NCBI RefSeq assembly: GCF_009914755.1
Contig: NC_060931.1
From: the human T2T-CHM13v2.0 reference genome, Homo sapiens
Reading direction: 5' to 3' (one strand)
Length of the DNA stretch: 64,000 nucleotides
The notes beneath the pieces are model-generated. The model searched no databases and was not told the origin of the DNA. It saw only the letters and a program-made list of their open reading frames with translations. Shown piece after piece: positions 54,271 through 64,000 of this stretch; the stretch's first letter is position 1, and each line of letters starts with the position of its first letter. The translations under genes were made by a program, and so were the position numbers.

Positions 54271-54705
54271 GACTGATGGATGGTTGTATGGAGAGATAGA
54301 CAGATAGAGGGATGGATGGATTGATGGATGGATGGATAGATGGTTGGGTGGTTAGATGGATGGATGGATGGATGGATGGATGGATGGATGATTAAGTATT
54401 TAGATGGATGGATGATGAATGGGTGGATGAATTGATGGATTGGGTGGTTAGATGGATGGATGAATGGATGGATGGATGGATGGTTAACTAGTTAGATAGA
54501 TGGATGAATTGATGATTGGGTGGTTGGATGGATGGATGGATGGTTAAGTAGTTGGATGGATAATGAATGGATGGATGGATTGATGATCAGGTGGTTAGAT
54601 GGATGGATGATGTATGAATGAATGCATAGGTGGGTTGGTGGGTGGGTGGGTGGTTAGATGGATAGATGAATGATGAATGGAAGGATGGATAGATGAGTGA
54701 ACAGA
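54270..54705. repeat. (GGAT)n/(TGGA)n degenerate repeat
   Basis: Seen directly. Confidence 0.95.
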
Positions 54706-55699
54706 TGCTGACCTCATAAAGGCTTCATCTTAGCCCTTTCTTTACACTTTCCCTAAACATTTTTACCCCTCCATATTCAACTATTATCTCAGGGTTGATG
54801 ATCCCCAAATCTGTATCTCCCAGTCCACTTCACTTCTGCCCATGTGGATGGATGTATTCAACTGTCTTCTGGACATCTCTAATTAGATGCCTCACAGTGC
54901 ATCAAAATCAAAGACTCATACTGAAATCTATTTCTCTTCTCAATTTCGTATCCAAATTAAGATTACCATTATGTACTCAGGTGCTAAGGCCAAGATTCTC
55001 GGCACCAACCTTCACTCTTTCCTTCCATTCATTACCAAGACCTGTTGATTCAATCCCAGATCTACATACACTCCTGTCCATCCACACCAACTTGCTTTAT
55101 CATCACCCCCAACAACTCTCACCAGGAGCATGGTTAACAGTTCCACTGTCCTCTCCACCTCTAGGTATGTACCATGTGCCCAATCCCCTTCACCCTCAAA
55201 CTACATGGTGTTTCTTTAACCCAAATCTACATATATCAGCCCCCTGTAGAAGTCCCTTTGTGGCTCCCCACTGCCCATGAGGATGAAGTCTGAAGTCTTC
55301 AGCCTTTCATATCTGACCTCACCATCCCCCAAGTGCTTGCAGGTTCTCAAGTGTTCCATGCCTTAATGTATCCAACATCTTCTGCTCTCCTACTTTGTAT
55401 GCAGGATTTATTTTAGGTGTGACCCCTGCAGGGATGCCTCCCCCCAATCCCTCATTTCTCACTCCGGTCTAGATTAGGGACCTCTTCTACCTGCTTCCAT
55501 CAAACTTGGTTTCTCTTTTATTGCACCCAGGGCATGCAACTTTTTTTGCCTTTGTGCGTATCTGTGAGCTCTCTGAAGGCAATGACAGAGTCCCAAACAT
55601 CTCTAAATCCTCAATGTTGAGAATAGCACGGACACAGAAAAGGCATTCAAATGTGTGTAGATTGATGGGTTGGAAACTTGTGGGAGTATAACATGTATT

Positions 55700-56220
55700 T
55701 TGGAAAACCTAATAAGGGCTCCAGGCATTTTTGACAGGATAGAGTGATGAACTGGGTTTAACAAGATAAAATTTAATTGGAACAAATGTAAGGTTCTGCC
55801 CTTGGGTCCAAAAGGCACAGGTGTGGGAAGAGGGAGCTGCACGTGGTTGCAGTTTATATGAAAAACCTGGGGAGTTAGACTTGTCAGTAAGCTCAGCGTG
55901 GGTCAATAGTGTGATCTGACTGCCAAAACAATTAACACAATCTTAGCTTGCGCTGAATGTGTAGTTTCCAGAATGAGAGAAGTGATACATGCAGGGCAAT
56001 CAGGCCATACTATAGATCTGGGTTCGTTCAGAGCTTCACACTTTAGGAGTCAGACAGTAATACGTGCTGAGAAAAAATACCAGGTGGTAAGAAGACATCA
56101 GATCAAGTCTAATGAAAAACACGCGGAGGACCAGATCTGCTTAGCCTTCAGAAGCCTATCTATGCTTAGGTTTAGGTCCATGCTAGCTATCTTCAAACAT
56201 CCAAGGATGTATAGCCAATT
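55700..56220 (+). mobile_element. L3/CR1 LINE remnant
   Basis: aaatttaattggaacaaatgtaaggttctgcccttggg...caatagtgtgat...gccaaaa resembles CR1 RT 3' sequence. Confidence 0.75.
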
Positions 56221-56441
56221 TTAAGGAATTATTTTCTAACCAAGAAGACTGTCCAAAATGTGGACAGGTAGAAAATCTCTTGCCAATGGTGATATCTCAA
56301 AGTATGACAGAATTGTCCTTTCAAAAACATGTTGTGACATCACACACACATACACGTACTCACAATTTCCACATGCTACACACCCTGCCCCACCCTTACC
56401 TGCTCAACCCCTACCCAAACTTCTGCTTAAAACCCTTCTAA

Positions 56442-56789
<348 letters not shown>

Positions 56790-56804
56790 TAGAGATAGGG
56801 TCTT

Positions 56805-57487
<683 letters not shown>

Positions 57488-58011
57488 TCACTGCAGCTTC
57501 CAGCTGCTGGGTTCAAGTGATCCTCCCACCTCAGCTCCAAGTAGCAGGGACTACAGGTGTGCATCATCAAGCTGGGCTAATTTTTAAATATTTTGTAGAA
57601 ATGGGATCTTACTATGCTGCCCAGGCTAGCCTCAAACTTCTGACCTCAAGGGATTTCTGCCTCAGCCTCCCAGAGTGCTGGGATTACAGGAGTGAGCCAC
57701 CATGCCCGGCTTATATTGGACTTTGTAATGTGCTTCCCCATATTTGCCTCACTGGTTGACAAGCTGCTTGCTAAATGGATAGCTCTGGTTGTGCTTGTCT
57801 TCTCTGCTGTGAGGACCCTCTCAGGCATGGCCTCCATTGCACCTGCCAGACCAGTTCTCAAGCCAGCCCAACCTGACCTTGACCATGGAGTCTCTGTCTC
57901 CTCTCACCTTTTCCAGACTCAGAGATAGCACTGTGCCTCACTCCAGCTATGACTTCCCCAGGGGTCCCCTGGAGGGGTCTTTGGTGACACAGCCCAGGAG
58001 TGCTAGAGAGT

Positions 58012-58376
58012 TGAATTAGTCCATTTTCATGCTGCTGATAAAGACATACCTGAGACTGAGTAATTTACAAAGAAAAAGAGATTTAATGGACTCACAGTTC
58101 CATGTGGCTGGGGAGGCCTCACAATCATGGCAGAAGGCAAAAGGCATGTCTTACATGGCGGCAGGCATGGGAGAAAAATGAGAGCCACGCAAAAGGGTTT
58201 TTTTCTTATAAAACCAGCAGAACTTGTGAGACTTAATCACTACCATGAGAAGAATATGGGGTAAACTGCCCCCATGATTTAATTACATCCCACTGGATCC
58301 CTCCCACAACATGTGGGAATTCTGACAGCTACAATTTGAGATGAGATTTGGGTGGGGACACAGCCAAACCATATCG
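58012..58376 (-). mobile_element. THE1 (B/C-like) solo LTR
   Basis: tgaattagtccattttcatgctgctgataaagacatacc ... gggacacagccaaaccatatc; exact 5-bp TSD agagt. Confidence 0.92.
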
Positions 58377-58551
58377 AGAGTTATCACCCTGTGAGGTCTA
58401 CCCTGACCAAAGAGGGACAAGAGGTACAAAAAAGCCAGCACATGAATTTACCCTCTCACTCCTTGGTGGACCACTCTGTGCACCACAAATTATGGTCCAT
58501 ATGGCCCAACCATGCAACCCATAAAGCTGTGGTCAGCTCCCTATTGCACCA

Positions 58552-58885
58552 TTTTGTTTTGTTTTGTTTTCTTTTTTTTTTTTTTTGGTAGGGGGGGCGG
58601 CGGGGGGACAGGGTCCTGCTCTGTAGCCCAGGCTGGAGTGCAATGATATGATCACAGCTCACGGCAGCCTTGACTTCCTGGGCTCAAGCAGTCTTCCCAC
58701 CTCATCCTCCTGAGTAGCTGGGACTACAGGTATGCGCCACCGTGACTGGCTAATTTTTACATTTTTGTAGAGAAAGAGTCTCTCTATGTTGCCCAGACTG
58801 GTCTTGAACTCCTGGCCTCAAATGATCCTCCCACCTCAGTCTCCTGAAGTGCTGGGATTACAGGTCTGAGCCACTGCACCTAGCT
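58552..58885 (-). mobile_element. AluJ-like
   Basis: Reverse-complement dimer. Confidence 0.92.
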
Positions 58886-59118
58886 TAATGCTTTGTATTT
58901 GCTTTTTCTCCTTCTTTTTGACTCTCTCTCTCTTGCTGCTCTGGAATTGTATCTCCTCCCTTCTAATAAAACGTTAGCCTATTTAAAAAAACACCCTTCT
59001 AAGGCCCCCCAACATCCTTAGGACACAAAACCACAGTCTTCATGCAGCTTCTAAGGCTCTGCCCATTCTAGCCTCTGTCCCTCTCTATCCTCTCTCCTTG
59101 CTTCATCTGCCCCTATAG

Positions 59119-59514
<396 letters not shown>

Positions 59515-59694
59515 TGAGGAGGCCCTGTCATTGTCTCTGCTCTCAGATATGGCATGGTATCAGTTAGGATTGTGTTCCACTGCAAATAATTGTTGTCCTG
59601 ACTTACAGTGAGTTAAACCCGTGGTTCTCAATGTCTGGTCCCCAGATTGACAGCATCAGTATCACCTGGGTACTTGTTAGAAGTGAACATTCTC

Positions 59695-59907
59695 GGCCAG
59701 GCACGGTGGCTCACGCCTGTAATCCCAGCACTTTGGGAGGCCAAGGCGGGAAGATCACTTTAGTCCAGGAGTTTAAGACCAGCCTGGGTAACATGGTGAA
59801 ACCTGACTCTACTAAAAATACAAAAATATTAGGCGGGCTTGGTGGCATATGCTTGTAGTCCCAGCTACTCAGAGGGACTGAGGTAGGGAGGATTTCTTGA
59901 GCCCAGG
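59695..59907 (+). mobile_element. 3'-truncated Alu after a MER5A fragment (~59620-59694)
   Basis: Alu stops at ttgagcccagga. Confidence 0.88.
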
Positions 59908-60072
59908 ATGGGGCTCTGTCACCCACCTCCCTTTTGCAATGAGGCATGAAGAGGATCTGGAAAGGCAGTATACAATACTGGATGCACCCTATTTACCAAA
60001 CTTGGTAACATCATGGCCCCACCTAGCTTTTCTCCCCCATCTCAGTGAGAGTTTCCTCGAAAAATCTCATCT

Positions 60073-60408
60073 TGGGTGGAGTGCAGGGGCTCATGCCTGT
60101 AATCTCAGCGCCTTGGGTGGCTGAGGTGGAAGGATCACTTGTGGCCAGGAGTTGGAGACTAGCCTGGGCAACACAGTGAGACCCTATCACTACAAAAGAG
60201 TTTTTTTAAATAGCCAGACACAGTGGCATGCACATGTAGTCTCAGCTACTTGGGAGGCTGAGGCAGGAGGATCTCTCTTGAACCCAGGAGTATGAGGCTG
60301 CAGTGAGCTATGATCATGCTGCTGCACTCCAGCGTGGGTGACAGAGCAAGATCTTGTCTCCAAACAAAAAAAAAAAAAAAAAGGAAAAAACAAAAGAAAG
60401 AAAGAAAA
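60073..60408 (+). mobile_element. AluJ-like
   Basis: TSD aaaatctcatcttg. Confidence 0.93.
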
Positions 60409-61051
60409 TCTCATCTTGAATAAAAAGATAACAAATGCTGATACAATATGTATTCTCCAAAATCTCTCTGATTTATACCAGGAATGCACCTTAAAAGCCA
60501 AACATTTGAAGTCTTTTTTCTCTGACTCTGTTCTTGAAGCAATGGAAGCATCAAATGTAGTGGTCCGGAGGAGGTGGAGGTGGAGGGAGTGGTGCTGAGT
60601 TGAAGAGAGAACGAGGGAGGGCGGAAGGCGCTGAATACTTGACAGTATCCTGTCAAATCCGGGATGACTTCATAAACACTAGCTGCTGTTTGCAAAAACA
60701 TTTTTGGAAGAGAAACTGTACAGATGTTAAAGTGTGTTGGTGGGGGGTGTCTCCCCTAATGCTATGTCTGCAAAGTCCAAAATAGCAATGTGCCAAGAAA
60801 TCTCTCTCCAACCCAGTTATTTCAAGAGGAAACCTGGTGGAGTGGATGGAATAGTGGGGTAAGAATCAAAAGAATTGGTTTCTCTGTCCAGATCTGCCAC
60901 TGCCTACCTGGGTAATCACAGTCAAGTCACATCGTCTCTTTGAATCTTGGATTATGGAGCCGGTAAAATGGGAGTGAAAACACCCTCTTTGGCTACATGG
61001 TATGTATTTTTGTACCCATTTTATGGATAAGGGTTGTAGGGGTCAAACTAA

Positions 61052-61367
<316 letters not shown>

Positions 61368-61664
61368 TTAATTAAACAAGTACGATTTTTTTAATTAGGA
61401 GACAAAGTACTTTGAAATGAAACAGGGATTATACAAATGAAAGGTCATATAAGTACCATTATCTTCTTTCTTACAATCTAAAGAAAGAGATCATTATTTT
61501 CTTTAACAGAACTGGGTTGTTTTCGTTGCTGTTGTTTTGCCCAGTTAAATTTCAATCACGTTTCTAGACTTACTCTACGGTTTTCTCTTCAGACATTTCA
61601 AAGAGGTTAGAGAAACAAAATTAAGAGGTTAGGGAAATAAGAAATAACAGAAAAGTATGTTTTG

Positions 61665-62640
61665 CATGTAACTCAGTAGGTTATTTTAGGTCAAGTATGT
61701 CCTTACTGAGTCCCTGCCTACTTGATATCAGTTACTGAGAGAGGGATATTGAAGTCTCCAACTGTGATAGTGGATTTGTCTACTTCTTCTTGCAGTTCTC
61801 TCAGTTTTTGCCTTATGTGTTTTCATTGGTGATTAGGTATACAAACATTTAGGATAGTTAGATCTTCTTAACTTATAGAGAATTGCCCTCCTTATCATAA
61901 TGTAATACCTTTCTTCATCCCTAATCAGGTTACTTGTTCTGAAGTCAGCTTCATCTGAAATTAACAGAGCTACTCTAGCTTGCTTTTGACTGGTATCAGT
62001 ATGGTGTATTTTTGTTTATGTCTCTCTGCTTTTTCTTTCTTTTTCTTCCTTTTATTTTTAGTTGACATGAAATAATTGTCCATAGTTATGGGATATAGAA
62101 TGATATTTCAACACATGTCTACAGTGCGTAATGATCAAATCATGGTAATTAGCATATTCATCACCTCACACATTTACTTTTAACCTACTTGACTCTTTAT
62201 ATTTAAAGTGGGTCTCCTGTAAACAACATATAATTGGGTGGCTTTTTAAATCTACTATGACAAACTCTGTCTTTTAAATTCATATATTTAGACCATTCAC
62301 ATTTAAAGTGATTATCGATTTAATTGGATTGATAGCTACCATGCTTGTAACCATTTTCTACTCATTATATTTTGTTCCTTTTTCCTTCCTCTTTTTCTGG
62401 CTTTTCCGGTTTTAATCAAGCATTTTATATCTTAGCATATCAAGCATACTTCTTTTGTAAAACATTTCAGTGGTTGCCCTAGAGTTTCTGATTTACATTT
62501 TTAACTAATTAAGTCTGCTTCCAAGTAACACTAAACCACTTCACATGTAGTGCAGGTACCTTAGATTATTCCCAATTTATCCTTCTCATCCCCTGTGATA
62601 TTACCATCATTCATTTTACTTACCTGTATGCTGTAATCAC
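61665..62640 (-). mobile_element. Old L1M ORF2-region remnant
   Basis: ttgaagtctccaactgtgatagtggatttgtct and tttagaccattcacatttaaagtgattat motifs. Confidence 0.8.
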
Positions 62641-64000
62641 CAAATACCAGGTCTCTCACTCTCAGGCAAATTCACACTCTGCCTCCAGCAAGTCATCAAA
62701 ATTATTATTTAAGTTTTTCTACTAGTTGATCATTCTGTTGTCATCAGGTTCAGGTAAACAGATCTTGGCTATGTCTCTTTGGATTTTCCTCTCTCTCCAG
62801 ATGTCAAGCTGGCAGTTTGCCTGAAACCTTTATTCTCTGAGGGACCCAAGAAAAGTCACAAATTTTCAGTTTGTTTGGTTTTTACTTTTTGTGAAGGATG
62901 GGAATGATGACTTCCAAGCTCTTCATGTGTCGGAGCTGAAATTGGAAGTAGTCCAGCAGATTGGTTTACATCATGGAGACTGTAGTTGTGTTTGCTGATT
63001 TTCAAAAGCATTCAAGCCTCAGCTCAGGCATGCTTCATCCAACTAGCCAATTCTGGACTAAAAAGAGAGAGAGAGTATTTTCTAACCCACATGAAAGAGA
63101 TCATTTAATCCTCCAATCTGATCTGAGGGCCCCAGACATGGGGTTACTTGCACAAAGCAAGAACAATTAAGTCCCTGCTTTGTGTTGGTTACAACCTCAA
63201 TGACATTGGTGTCATTGTTTCAGGACACAGCTGACATTTTTCAGTACAGACACCTCAACTCCCTACCCTAAGCAAGGACTGGACTGTACAAATTCATCTC
63301 CCAGATAATCACTATTATTTATACTCTTATCCACCCAACAGCTCACCAGAATTAAACTTCTCTGTCCAAAAAAATTTTTAAATCAAGGATTTGGTTATAA
63401 TATGCACTTTAAAGACACTTAGGCAAATTGTTGGCTTAAAAAAGAAGAAGAAGAATTCTGATTTCTCCAGAACTCTATCAACTCGCACTCCCTGACTGGC
63501 AGCTCCACACAATGAGAACTGATGCTCACATTAATGACCCTCCAACGCTATAAGATCCTGGAGAGCCTTTGAATCACCCAAGAAAGATTAAATTATGTTC
63601 AGTAGTGCTTTAGCATTAAGTGCATTTTATACTGTATTCCACATCTACAGAATTTGATCTTTTACAGGAGGCACAAGGTGACTCTCTTATTGTCCAGGTT
63701 CTGATTCATTTCAGCTCAGTTTGAATTACAAAGGTTTACTAAATACCTACTGCTCATCCCAAACTATGGTACACACTGGAAGGTATATTCCATTTATTTG
63801 TGGAGCTTACAATGTCATGATTTAAACAAAAAAAAGCAAACAGGCCAACAGAACAATACACATCTTATAACCATGGTACTCAGCACATGCAAGAGTTGAT
63901 TGGATGAGTGTGTTTGCTCAATGACCTATAAACACAGTGCTAGACAGGCACAGAGACAAGAGTAATCAGAGAATGTGACACGAGGAGAAAATATTTCCAC

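Overview
Primate (human-like, AluY present) non-coding DNA, intergenic or deep intronic. I find no supportable protein-coding gene, RNA gene or CpG island, and I cannot name the locus. About 55-60 Alu elements or fragments fill roughly a quarter of the window. It also holds solo LTRs (LTR1-like, MER4D-like, MER21, two MER39-like, MSTA, MSTC, THE1, MLT1), hAT DNA-transposon fossils (MER1A/B, Zaphod-like, MER5, MER63A, MER94), L1/L2/CR1/MIR fragments and simple repeats. The ORF track is essentially repeat-derived noise. Family names come from my recall of consensus sequences, not a database search, and most boundaries are approximate. I see no new biological system. The best signals are fossil DNA-repair scars. 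(1) A ~580-bp templated insertion inside an MSTA LTR (32284-32865), made of an inverted and a direct copy of sequence ~4 kb downstream; it may also preserve sequence later deleted from the donor. (2) An older, MER1A-anchored duplication at an exact 7800-bp offset (11.4-11.9 kb vs 19.05-19.7 kb). (3) Several unusual Alu structures. Two repeat-free, motif-dense blocks are candidate enhancers.
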